From: Lingula anatina
Lineage: Eukaryota > Animalia > Brachiopoda
NCBI GenBank assembly: GCA_051362555.1
Contig: CM120641.1
Location: 4,588,001-4,652,000, forward strand
Reading direction: 5' to 3'
Length of the DNA: 64,000 bases
A model generated the notes under the pieces. The model did no database searches, was not told the origin of the DNA, and saw only the letters and a list, made by a program, of their open reading frames with translations. Shown piece by piece: positions 1 to 12,144 of this stretch (within the stretch, counting starts at the first letter, position 1; each line of letters opens with the position of its first letter). The position numbers and the translations under genes are program-made.

Positions 1-257
1 GATTACTACTAATACTAATACAGTGTTTAAGATTATTAATTACAGTGTATACGTTGTTTAAAATACTTATTACAATTGTAAATAGTTCAATACACTGAGG
101 GAACACACATTTTCTTTGATAGGCTTATAGCTATATGTATCTAATGTGCCATACTTATGGTTCATATAATATATAGCAGGATGAGGCTACTTCAGTGTGG
201 CAGATGCTCATTTCTTTTGGAAATTGCCGTCTGAATGTATTTACCAACAGCGTACAA

Positions 258-785
258 TTATTTCTCATTTTCTGGGCTTAGTATGATTTTAACCTTCTCG
301 TCACTGCTTGCTAGGTGATGCATGTCACATTTAGGGAATTGTTTTAACATGCCCTCCCTCTCTTTTACATGGTGTCTACATTCTAGTAGGAAGTGCACTT
401 CGTCCTCGATTGCAGGACAGTGGGGACAGAATCGTTCCTCGCGTGGTGTTTTAGGTCTGGTGTAGCGTCCTCTTTCCATTTCCAGAATATGATCACTGAC
501 TCTAATTTTAGCCACTTCCCTTTTTAATGACTGAGGGGCATTAGTTAGCAGGTACTTTTCAATTTTGTAGGACTTTTTTATCAGACTATAAGTTTTTAAC
601 TTGGTGCTTTGAGGATCAGTTAACTCTTCCCAGAACATTTTTTCAATTTTAGCATTGATTTTTTCCTCAATATTGCAATGTGTTTGGATTTGCTGAACCC
701 CTGGGACATTTTCACTGTGAAGATTCCAAGTTGTTAACATAGTATTAATCGCTCCTGGCCAATCTTTTTCCCCTATTGTACACAC
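258..785 (-). mobile_element. Non-LTR retrotransposon (LINE) ORF2 C-terminal fragment, 5'-truncated
   Basis: The ORF contains KLKTYSLIK..EKYL, KIRVSDHILEMERGRY and ERFCPHC..IEDEVHFLLEC, the C-terminal Cys/His motif region typical of invertebrate LINE reverse transcriptases (RTE-X/CR1-like groups). No RT core is present. Confidence 0.8.
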
Positions 786-3607
786 TTACAGGAATATACA
801 GAGATGTTCCATAAGCCAAACAACGCCCCCCCCCCTTTTTTTTTTTAGAGCACTTGACATAAAATGACATAATATTCATCCAGACTTCTAAGAATGGATC
901 TACAGTTGTTTTACTTTTGGTGTCTAAATTGTTTGAAGAAAGTTCATGGGAGTTTCTCCGTCATATTTCTCAACTTGAGGTCCGAGTTCAGTCGCAAGAA
1001 TTAGAAACTCCCTTTCAGCATCACCTCAAAGACGGCGAGAAACGGAACCCTGCCACGCCAGGGCGCACCAAAATACACTTCAAATTAACAAAAACAAAAG
1101 CCGCTTAAAATCTTGTTAACCCAAGTATGCAGAACAACTGTTTTCCTTTTAAATTGGAAGAAAAACTTTTTTGACACTGCACTTAAAATTGATTGCAGAG
1201 AGTCACGAATACCGCATGATACTGCCGTAGGAAAGGAGGCGTTTTAACGTCTCGGTGTATAATCTGCCTCTTCCCCCCCAGCTGTGTCACCATGGGTTTC
1301 TTGATGCTTGTCTTTAAGTTACATAATTAAAGTGTTATTAGTATGAACGCACTGTCCTTATGTTTCACGATGTGTTTACCTCCTGCTCCAATCTCAGCTG
1401 TCACCTACAGTACTGTAGAAGTCTTCCTATATAATTAGAAATCACCCGTCCAAACAATTAGTCTGTGAAATGATGAGGAAGATTATCGGCTTGGGGAATT
1501 TTGAACCCTGCGTTTACTTTTTTCGCTTAGGGGGATATGTTTTTAACAGATTGTGACGAACTTTAAACACGGGAGTTTATTTTTTGCCTCCGTTATTTCA
1601 TCTGTGCCTTTCTCTTTATTGCATTTTTTTTTTCAAATTGCAAAATTCCCATGTCTGGTGCTATAGATCAGATAGCAAATGTTTATTATTATGGGGGAAT
1701 TAAACCGCTCCATTTCTGATGTAACCAGGTTTTTTTCTTTTGCTTGTCTGCAGATTTCGTTTGACAATTGCCATTTCACGTATCATTCACGCTTTATTTC
1801 GGTGAAGTGGTAATGTGTACATGTAACCTGTTTTTTTTTTTTTTTTAATTTGCATTTTTATTTATTTATGACCATAATTTAGAATTTTCCATTAAATTGT
1901 CTTTTATGTCGACAAACAAATTAAAAAATAGACATAAGAAGAGTAGTGGAGGGAGGTCTGAAAGAATTTGAACGAAATCCACATAGTGCAACGTAGATGA
2001 CGATACAGATTGGTATTTTTGGAGACACCCGGTTTTTAAATGACATAATCGGGCTTGATACATGTACGTGTGGATATGCACATAGTAATTTCTTGCACGT
2101 GTTAGTAGCTGTGCAGTAAAATAAGAGGCTGTTTGAAGGAAAAAGAACGAGATATTTGCTATTTAAATTATAGATGAATATTTCAAAGGTTCAAATGAAA
2201 AAAGTATTGAGTAATCAGGCGTTATAAATGCAGGTACATTCTGGCATATGAGGGACATACAAATGGTACCTTTAGTTTTAGGATCGTCTAGCATTGACAA
2301 AATTTATTTAAACTTTGAAGGTTTGCAACGTCAGAGGAATAAAGGTTTTTGAAAAACGGACAGTTCTTTACTCCACGTAAGGAGTCATTTTTTTTAAATT
2401 TGCTTTGGACAGTAAAAAGGGATCCAATGTTATTCAGAGATCGTGCCATGGGACAACCCTCTACCACACAGCCTTCGAGTTGTTGTAGCAGTTACAATAT
2501 CTGCAGAAGTCCCTTTATTCATATCAGTAAACAGCTAACAGGCCTCTGATGGAGAATACCGTTTAACAGTTCTTCCAGAGAGCTCCACATTTACATTATA
2601 GCGTTATAGTTTGAGGCTTGTATAACCTCATCATTTCGGGGTACATTATTTTGAATGCTCTCTTCCCACCTGTTAAATGTAATATCAATAGCATTAAAAA
2701 ATAAGCAGCACCCTCTTGTCATTGGTACATGTCACCCCTTTTTCCTGCAATTGTCGGCTACTTGGAAACATGGAATATGAATATTTGGAACTAATAAGGT
2801 GTATAAGTATTACCAGAATGCCTTTCAAAAAGAATCGATCCTTAAGTTTGCGGATGCTTGCACGAATAATAATATCCGCATTGTTGTGGCATAATGTTAC
2901 GCGGATTTTAAGGACAAGGGAAATGACTAGCGGATGATAACGTTACGTTTTATAATGCGTATCCTGTGTAGAAACTGATCATCACTTTAAAATCGAGGAC
3001 ATTCAAGAACTTTTTTGTCACATCTTTCACATCCTGTACTTAATTGTCTCAACAAATATCCATTATATACAAGTTAACTGCTTTGTGATAAAGTAGATTT
3101 TATTACTTAACACTTATTACGCAAATTCGATAAAGGTCTCTCTGGTTCAAAACTGGGACGCAGCAAACGTTTCCATCTTTCAAGAAGCTACTTGGCGTGC
3201 CCCAGTAGCTTAGATCTCAGAGCAGTGAAAAGAAAAAGGCCTCTCCCGTCCTCTTGAAACTTAAAGTTTGGGAGACAGGAGGGGTAAGCTAATAGACCGC
3301 TTATCCTCTGGGAGAGGTAGCCCATGGCCTTTGGTCTAGCACCCAAGAAAAAACCCATTATAAACTGTGGCTGCGTATCGGGCTGGTGAAATTCACCGAA
3401 TTTCCTGATACTGGAGGTAGGGTATTCAATGAAAATATAATTAAATAACGGCAAATGTCAGCTGGTAAACGCAGTTAATTGTATTAAATGTCAGTCCGCC
3501 AGTGGTTTTGGCAATAACGCCAAGGCGCAATAGATTTTTCTGACAAAAGAGCAAAGGAACCTGTCAAATACCTAAAACCCCCATCGCTGTGTGTTATACC
3601 TTTCTCA

Positions 3608-4556
3608 AAGCATATCACTTGGGTGGGGTTGGGGGGGGGGGGATATAGCAAGACGTAAGAGGGACTCTTTTAGTTAGTTGCTGATTAACATGTTAAAATA
3701 CATGTCTAACGGAGGGAAAAATGGGTCGTCTGTTGAATCATTGAAGTAGGTGGGGAAAGTGTCCCGATCACATCGAAAACTCGAAGCGTTGATAAATTTT
3801 CCATCAGTTTCTTTTCAACAGGCTTGACGAAATTGGATTTCTAGGGACCAGCAGCAAATGAGACCTTCCCAGCGGGAGGTGCCCTGTACATACGTGTTGA
3901 AAACTTAGTGTTAATACATCTACCACTTATTTTTTATTTCTTTCTATTTTCTCTTTCTCTTTCCTTTTTAAAATTCTTTTCCATGAGGGCAAAAATAGAA
4001 TTTTTGGAAACCGGTAGGTGAGAAAAGAATGGTGACATCATATTTGTTTGCAAGATCACATGTATTTAATCAAGCATATCACTTGGGTGGGATTCCGGAG
4101 GGGGATTATAACAAGACGTAAAAGGGACTAAATTGCTGATAAACGGGTTAAAATGCGCATGAGTAACGTAGGGAAAAATGGCCGTCTGTGTCACGTAATC
4201 GTTGAAATAGATGGAAAAGCTTCCTGTTCACATTTATCGAAAACTCGAAGCGTTGATAACTTTTCCACGAGTTTTTTTTCTTTTTTCAACAGGCTTGACG
4301 AAATTTAATTTTTTAGGGACCAGCAGCAAATGAGGCCTTACCAGCGGGAAGTCTCCTGTACGTACGTGGTGAAAACTTCGTGTTAATGACTCTACCACTT
4401 TTTCCTTTTTTTTTTGTTCTTTCTTTCTTATTTCTCTTTCTCTTTCTTTGTATCCCTTTTTTATATAAAAAAGTGACAGATTTCTTGGAAACCGGTAGCT
4501 GAGATTATAAAGGTGGGTTGACACCGTGTCTGTTTACAAGATCACTTGTGTATAAA
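3608..4556. repeat. Diverged tandem duplication, two units of about 465-485 bp (3608-4071 and 4072-4556)
   Basis: Both units begin aagcatatcacttgggtggg and share tcgaaaactcgaagcgttgataa, ttttcaacaggcttgacgaaatt, tagggaccagcagcaaatgag, ggaaaccggtag and caagatcac in the same order. Confidence 0.9.
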
Positions 4557-7500
4557 TGACTGGTGATCGTACGCGACCGGTTTGCGAACATGAAACCAAA
4601 TAATTGGTTCAATTTTGGCAGGGTAGTCCTATGTTTACTGAGAAAACAGTTTAGTCCGCCAGGGTGTTCCCCTTCACGTCCTCCGGCAGCCTGGTAAATG
4701 TTGATCGGGATCGTTTGATTGACCCGTCATTGTAGTTTCATCAGCTTTTTTGAAAGTTAATTAACTGTCGTGCCCTGTACCTATGACTTTATTAACCGGC
4801 AGGTCGCTCCCCCCCCCCCCCCCAACTCCTGTCTGTCAAAATTGAACGAGAAAGAAATAATTAGAAAAACGCTATAAGAATTGAAAAACATGTATCTTTA
4901 AAAATAACATTTGACGGTCGTAGTCCGATAAGTAGGCGGTTAAAAAAACTAATGGGATTATTCATTCCATATTCAAATAATGCCGCTATTTGGATGATGC
5001 AAGTAGTGATTTATCCGAAATGGGACGTCCTATTACCATATTTGGCCGTAATATACCTGTCGGTTCCGAGGGCGTGGCCTAAAAATGACGTCGTATCCAG
5101 CTATTTATTAAAAAACTACTTGGGAAGCATTGTGAAATTTTACTCCCCTGTGTGTCAACAGTGACTAATATCTAAGAAGGATATAGAAAAGTTGTAACCA
5201 CTAAAAGCGTATTTGTGTGTGTAAGATTACCTGTATAAACAAACTTAACCTCTCAAAGGCAGTGTCCCGTGCGCAAGTATTATAGCCTTTTGTCACTTTG
5301 AATAATATTTTTCCTGTCCGTATAACATTGTTAAATACTAATATACCCCTCCATTATTACAGCCGATAAAATGTTTTGAAACAAAATTGAGAATTGAAAG
5401 TGGATGAATTACAGTAATGATGGCCCAAGCTAATAATCTCCGCGTTGATCGGGTCACCCAAACAGTACTGTGAGAACTTAATCACTTATGGGATAAATTA
5501 CGGGGACCTTTTTATTGTGGCAAAGACTTCACCTGTATTCAGTTAAATCGTTTCGATTTTGTGTTGCTTGGACATAGAGATAGGGAGTAAAAGATGCCAG
5601 TTGTGTTTTTGAGCTGAAGCTGGTTACCAGAGTAAAGTGAAACGCTATGGGGACGCTGTGGAAGTCGCGATTCTTGCGGTAAGGACGATGTGTTTTTCGT
5701 TGAGTGTCTGTTTTTTTGGCCCCAACAGTAAACCGCATTCTGTATCGGCGCGTTGTGAAAACAGTCTAGTCGCTATAAACTTGACCTCGGTAACACTGCT
5801 GTTAGGTATGGCGGGTGATAGAAACCTAAATTTAAACTACATTAAACGACCACTCCTGGGTCGCATTCGTGGACGCGAAATAAATGAAATTAACGTGCGG
5901 TGGACTCTGAACTGGGGTTTTAAAAAAACAAGTGAACTAACTATATGCGTGCCGCTCAAACTTAATCCTGTTTCGCGGTAAAGTGAGAGAAAAGGATTTT
6001 AACAAATTCACTGGAAATTGTTACCACATGCAATGAGAATGGGGAGTGACCTGCCGGCGCAGGTTGGCAGCATACGCGACATTTGTAATGCATACTGAGC
6101 GTGAGCACTGGAGAAGTAATTTATGGCAGGACTGGCGGATTTCCAAAGTCACCGTACATGGGGGTTCTCCTCACACGCTACAAATGCACACGAAAACGTG
6201 ATACGCTTCGTAGGCCATGATGTTTCATTCATAGAGAATTTCGTAACGTCCCGCACATATGTTTAAGCAACTCAGTCTTGTAGTCAATCGGGAAGATAAT
6301 TTGTAACAGCTGGGTGAGCCACTCAATCACTCCATCCTGGCGCCCCCTTTATGCTGGAATAAGCTGGTCCGTTTAGTGACAAAGCAACGTCGTCCTCTCT
6401 GCTATTTCCATATTTCGTCAGCCGCGATCTTCCCTCTAGTGTCCTATGCGTAGTGAACTTCCGGTAAAGTCTTATCATTCTTTCAGATGACAAGCCTTAG
6501 CTCCTCCCTCCAAAAAGCTGCGTAATCTGGAGACAGTGACTGAAGGAGAGAGAGTGGATGGGACACGGAACCAAACGTAAAGAAGTAACTAGGAACATTC
6601 CATATCAACACCGAAGAGAGATACAAGATACAGAATAGGCCATTGAAGGTAAGAAAATTTCACGTAAAATCTTAGTATTAGACTAGTGAAGTTTCGTCAC
6701 ATTTAAAGTTTGTCGTAATAGGTCGTATATTTCGCTATCCCGCTTTCCCACGATCCGACGCATTATCAGTCCCATTGTTTATTCAAGCCAATACATAATC
6801 AATCGAAGTTTCGTGGAGGTATATTTGAAATATCACAGATGATTACAACTACAGAACTTGATTCAAACGGCCTAGTTCAGCGAGTCTGAGGGATTAATAT
6901 CGTTTTGGGGTAAAACTTTTTTCCAGCAGAGAGATGACCTAAATATTATAGTGTAGTGGGCTGCATGCTGTATCATGGTACGTGTATCATCTTAGATTTC
7001 TGGCATCTGTTGAAAGGCCTAAACACAGCGAATTTGTTGATAACTCAGTAGGAAGTTTCCTCTCTGCCTCGAGTTCCCTGAGTAATGTTTTTATTTCGAT
7101 CAAATCAAACGATGACCCTACCGCACCATTACTTCTAATATAGTCTCGTGATGAGACACTTTATTAAAGATAACTTCAATATGGCGCAGTTGGGTCATCA
7201 AAGTGTCACCTCGCCATATGCGGGACGCTTTAGGCTGGCTTAGCGTTAGTTATCCATATGAGAGAAATAGTGCCAGAATTAACTGAGTCAACACTGGAAG
7301 AGAGTACATATAATATTACATAACCAAAGTTAATAAGCTAAGCAATTAACACCTGGAATGAGAACAAAGAAACTCTGTGCGTTGATATAACCCCGTGTGA
7401 AGGAGATAAACTTAGCCGTGAGTCTTGGTGCGGTGACTAGCTCAACAGACTGATGGTAGAATTTCTGACTTTATGAAGTCCTGTTTATTAATATACTGGC

Positions 7501-10500
7501 TGTGTGTAGCTGTATAGTCTCCAGTGCAGACTACATAAGTGATATTTCCCTTCCGCACACTGCTGGCCAAAAATTGACATTTCTTTCGTACTATTAATAG
7601 AAAGACCAAAGGAAAACTTCAAAGGCCCCTGGTTTAGGGTAGTTCATAAGATTGAATGTACTTGTTTTTACCAAACACGCACACATACACAGAAAAGGCC
7701 CATAACAAGGCTTGCGCTGTCACCCACAGCTATGATTTAAATAGCAAATTTTCACAAGGAAATGAATCTGAAATAACAAAAGAGAATGTTTATGATAGTA
7801 ATATTTGGAAATATATGGTACCCTCAGTGGTTACATGAACTTATTTATTGGAACTCGTTATAATGCCCAACTAATATAGAGGAAATTGCATGTTTATTCT
7901 GCTGTAGTTGAAAAGTACAGTTAATTGTTTCGTTTTTCATTTTTGATGAATGTTGAGTTTTAAGAGGAACTCGTCCTTCTGCCGCGAAGTAATTCCCCCT
8001 CCAGAATAAATGTTGCAGTAAATTATTGCCTAGTGTTAGTGGGGTGTATTTTACACCAGTCTGTCACACGACTTGAAAAAATTTCTAGTTTTGTATTACA
8101 TCACATGATCACCAGGGAAAGAAAACAGATTTGAAGTGCGTATAAACTAAACATGACCTAGCTCACAAGTTTACTCAAAGTGGTAGCCTTTTCTGTAAAT
8201 GTTTTTAATTTTTGAAAAAAAAAGATGCATTTTAAAATCTTCCTGTTTTTTTTTTTTTCTTATTTCGTCATGGTTTTTTTACTCATTCAAGTCATAGCTG
8301 TTGTAAATAGCTTCGAGACGTCATAATCACGAATACGCCCATGTTTATTCGGTTTCACTTTACTTTCCTAGTCAATCTTTTCGTGTGAACTGAGACGGTA
8401 AGATGGGACAAGGGTCGTGCGCTCCATTGTATTCTGCTCTTGAAGCCACCTGCACAGATTTGTTTAAAACTTTTACTGTACTTCATTCCTCGCAACATAG
8501 CCTTGTCTCCATTTCCCGCACATAGCAATATTTTATGACAAATGAAATTAGCAGGAGGTAGAAACAAGGTCTGTTGCACTCTTGAGTCCAAACAGGAGTG
8601 ATTAGTTACTTTTATTAAAAGAAACCAATTAAGTATTGGCAGGTAATGAAAGGGGGGTGTTGATACACAAGTGCCCGCCGCGTTCAGCATGGTTGGAGAT
8701 AGCGTCGCTTGATGTTTAATTTCAGCACAGTCAGTAGCGTAACTACGTAAAGTTGAAATATTAGCTCGCCATTCTGACACTATTTGTGCGCCTGGATTAA
8801 AGTTCGATTCTTAAAAAAGGGCCTAGCGTTTGTTCACTGGCAAAAGGGCAATTTTCGTTTTAAGAATAGCTCTTAAGAGGTTTGAATGACTTCATGATAG
8901 GTGATATACAGGAGAGTTAGCATCCACTGAAATCTATTATATCCCACCTGGAGGTATAATTTCGGAAGAAGTAAGGCAAAGCCCACATGGTCAGATCGCG
9001 TGGAGCTGTTTTCTCAAGTTTCAACCACTTGTTGTGTAGCGTGTCTTGCCACCTTACACAAACATCACTGTCGTAAAAGCCTGGTTGCTCCAATCTCAGA
9101 AATTTTGGATATGTTTAAAATTACACGTGCGTTACATACACTGTTTACTCGTCCTGCATCAAACTAGCGTCTGTGCGAAAATACCCCAAACATTTTTTTC
9201 AGTGCATGGCATTGTTCCCAAAAGTATAAGCCATATGTCTCGGTTTTGTTGTATACTTAGCAAATAGAAGCACCTCGTTGCGATGGCAACGGTGCTTACT
9301 TTGGACCACAGTTTTGGAAGCTCGAAAACTCGTCTGATTTTACCCTGGTGATCACTAGTGGTCAGGTTTTCTTCTTTACTTCTCTCTCAAATAAACGACC
9401 AACTAAGCATAGTTAATATAAAACACAGGGTGAAACGGTGTCTTGCCAAAATGTTCTTGATAGCACTAATAAGAAAGGCAATCCGAGTTATAAAAACAAT
9501 GACAAAATTCCGATTATTCCGGGTAAATTTTCCAACAAAAAAAGTTATCCTAAGAGACATAATATTACGTATAATTGGGCAAAATTCACGAGTTTGATGC
9601 ATCAACACACGATAGCTGGTGTTCCGCGGGCTTTACAGCCAGCGAATATGTTAAGGTAAGAAGAAAAGAGGGGATAAGGTAGCGTTGTATTGAAATTGTG
9701 CTAAAAAACAATTAACTTGACATTTGTTGATAATGACCCTTTCTCACTTGCTGAATTGTCTCGAAATGTCCATTAGAATCGCTTTGTTTCGTGGGCTACC
9801 ATGGTAACTCATTGTTTCGTAATGTCGACGGACTGTGTGTTGTAGCGGCTACTGGTACCAGTGTAAAACGATCGGGTATTGTTTAAGAGGGAGCATAATG
9901 GACCGAAGCACGGAAAGTCTGGACTTTCCGGTTCAGAAATCAAGAGACGCATGATTTGCATACTGCCGCGTCGTCACGAGAGAATATCATTGAGTGTAAC
10001 ACGCATAATAAAATGGTCTTGTTTTCAAATAAAATGTCTGCATGAATATTTATGTCAGAGTGATATAGCGTCCCTTATAAATCAGAATGGTGCAACAGGT
10101 GCTTGGGTCCACTCTTTGAAAAACGGTGGATGGTTTTTTGTCTGTCTTTGTTTTTGAGTGTGTGTATAAGGATATCGATTTGGATTCTCATAACATTTCA
10201 TTTTAAATGCCCAAGTTGAAGTAATTAACTTGAAATGTGTCACAGTGTGATGTAACATCCAACTCCAAAGGCCGTACAGATACATCTCGTTATTCAAACC
10301 ACGTCCTATACGGCTTATTATTCAACCCTAATAATGCGTACAGGCATGCGGAACGTGCGTCCCTAGTCTCAATTACTTTGCCAGCAAGCCTTTTCTGTTT
10401 GTCATCTTCTCAGTCAAGGCAGGCACTCACACGACAAATCTCTATTGTCGTCTGAGAATATGTGGACCCTTAGGCTTGGCGTTACTGTCTCGGTTTGCCC

Positions 10501-10953
10501 TTTAGTTGACGCAAGAAAAGTCACAGGTTGCTATAAAAGTTTATGAAATCAATTTAAGACAGAATAGAGTTAGCATTTTTTGTACATAAACTTGACAGCC
10601 GGAACGGAACTGTTTGCCCACATTTAATCGGAAATAGATTTGTGAAGTTTGGAGTGTTGGCATATTGAAGAGTCGGGTTTGAAGTGGGATTAATTATTTT
10701 TGTCGTGTCACCGTGATACGTAAAATTTAAATTGGTTTATCATGCATTTCCCAACACAGGATACTCACTACCTTTTCACAACATTATTTCAAATGCTTTA
10801 AATGCTTTAAACATTTGAACCAGAAAAAATAAACATTACACTGTAATCATTCTCCAAGTCCTTTAAATAAAAAAGAAAAAAAAGTATTTTCTAGAAATGT
10901 CACATCTGTGAGATGACCATAACTTATGTGACTTTCTATTTTTTCTTTCCAGA

Positions 10954-12144
10954 ATGGCGCCTTTCATTGACATTCTAGGGAGGGCCTGGAAGGGCCTTCG
11001 GTGTGATGACGATTTTTATGACAGACTCTCACACAGATACACGTCTATCATTCTGCTGGTTTTCACTGTTCTAGTGAGCACAAAACAATATGTCGGCGAC
11101 CCAATCGTTTGCTGGGTACCCGCCGTTTTCACGGGCGCACACGAAGACTATGCGAACAATATATGCTGGATTTCCAACACGTATTACATGCCGTTCGAGG
11201 AACGGATTCCGGGCGCCGAGCTTCCAAGGGCCCACATCGGCTACTATCAGTGGGTGCCCATAATGTTACTGCTGCAGTCTCTATTGTTTTACATCCCGAC
11301 CATTGTATGGAGGTTGATGTCCGGTAGCACGGGTATTGATGTCCATATGATTGTCAACGCCCTGGGAGGGGTGGACAACCTGAACCCGGAGAACAGGGAG
11401 AAGGTGATCAAATTTTTGGTGCGACACATGGACAGATATTTCGATTCTAATCGCGAGTACGAGAAGGGTTGCTGTACCTCCATCAAACAGATGCTTGCCA
11501 AGTACTGCTGCCTCTTTGTCGGCAAACGCTACGGAAACTTCTTGGTGTTTCTGTTTCTGTTCTGCAAGCTGCTGTACATGGCGAACGCCATCGGGCAATT
11601 CTTTCTGCTGAACACGTTCTTGGGTACACAGTACCATATCTACGGCTTCGACGTCATCGACGACATGGCCAACAATCGAGACTGGACATCTCACGGCCGC
11701 TTCCCGCGAGTCACTCTCTGCGACTTCAAAGTTCGTCAACTCGGCGGCAATATCCATCGACACACTGTACAGTGCACCCTCCCTATCAATTTGTTCAACG
11801 AAAAGATTTACATGTTCATCTGGTTCTGGCTTGTCTTGGTTGCAGGCGCCACCGTTTTCGGCTTCTTCACTTGGATGAGTCTGCTCTTCGTCCGCGAGAG
11901 AAACCATTTCGTCAGAAAAAATCTGAAACTGATGCAGAAAATCGCCACCAATTCGGAAACCAAGATGACCAAGGCCTTCAACACCAAATATTTGAAACAG
12001 GACGGTGTATTTATACTGAAATTGATCGGTCGAAACACCAGCGATGTCGTTGTAGCTGAAGTAGTCGCAGAGCTCTGGGATCATTTCATTAAGAACAAAC
12101 CCCAGTTCCACCCCAAGGACACCGAAGTTATGCAACCAGCATAA
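10954..12144 (+). CDS. inx: Innexin 1 (396 aa), intronless CDS
   Basis: Shows DDDFYDRLSH, QYVGDPIVCW, NNICW, the YYQWVP signature, GRFPRVTLCDF and QCTLPINLFNEKIY, with four hydrophobic TM segments. The acceptor ttttctttccag|aATG precedes the start. Confidence 0.97.
   Translation: MAPFIDILGRAWKGLRCDDDFYDRLSHRYTSIILLVFTVLVSTKQYVGDPIVCWVPAVFTGAHEDYANNICWISNTYYMPFEERIPGAELPRAHIGYYQWVPIMLLLQSLLFYIPTIVWRLMSGSTGIDVHMIVNALGGVDNLNPENREKVIKFLVRHMDRYFDSNREYEKGCCTSIKQMLAKYCCLFVGKRYGNFLVFLFLFCKLLYMANAIGQFFLLNTFLGTQYHIYGFDVIDDMANNRDWTSHGRFPRVTLCDFKVRQLGGNIHRHTVQCTLPINLFNEKIYMFIWFWLVLVAGATVFGFFTWMSLLFVRERNHFVRKNLKLMQKIATNSETKMTKAFNTKYLKQDGVFILKLIGRNTSDVVVAEVVAELWDHFIKNKPQFHPKDTEVMQPA

Noticed and set aside
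11281-12135. 284-aa antisense ORF over innexin 1, and similar ORFs at 22550-23368, 48890-49261 and 52948-53313
   Set aside because: These are shadow ORFs on the opposite strand of the innexin codons, explained by GC3-rich codon usage. They have no recognisable domain and are not kept intact across paralogs.
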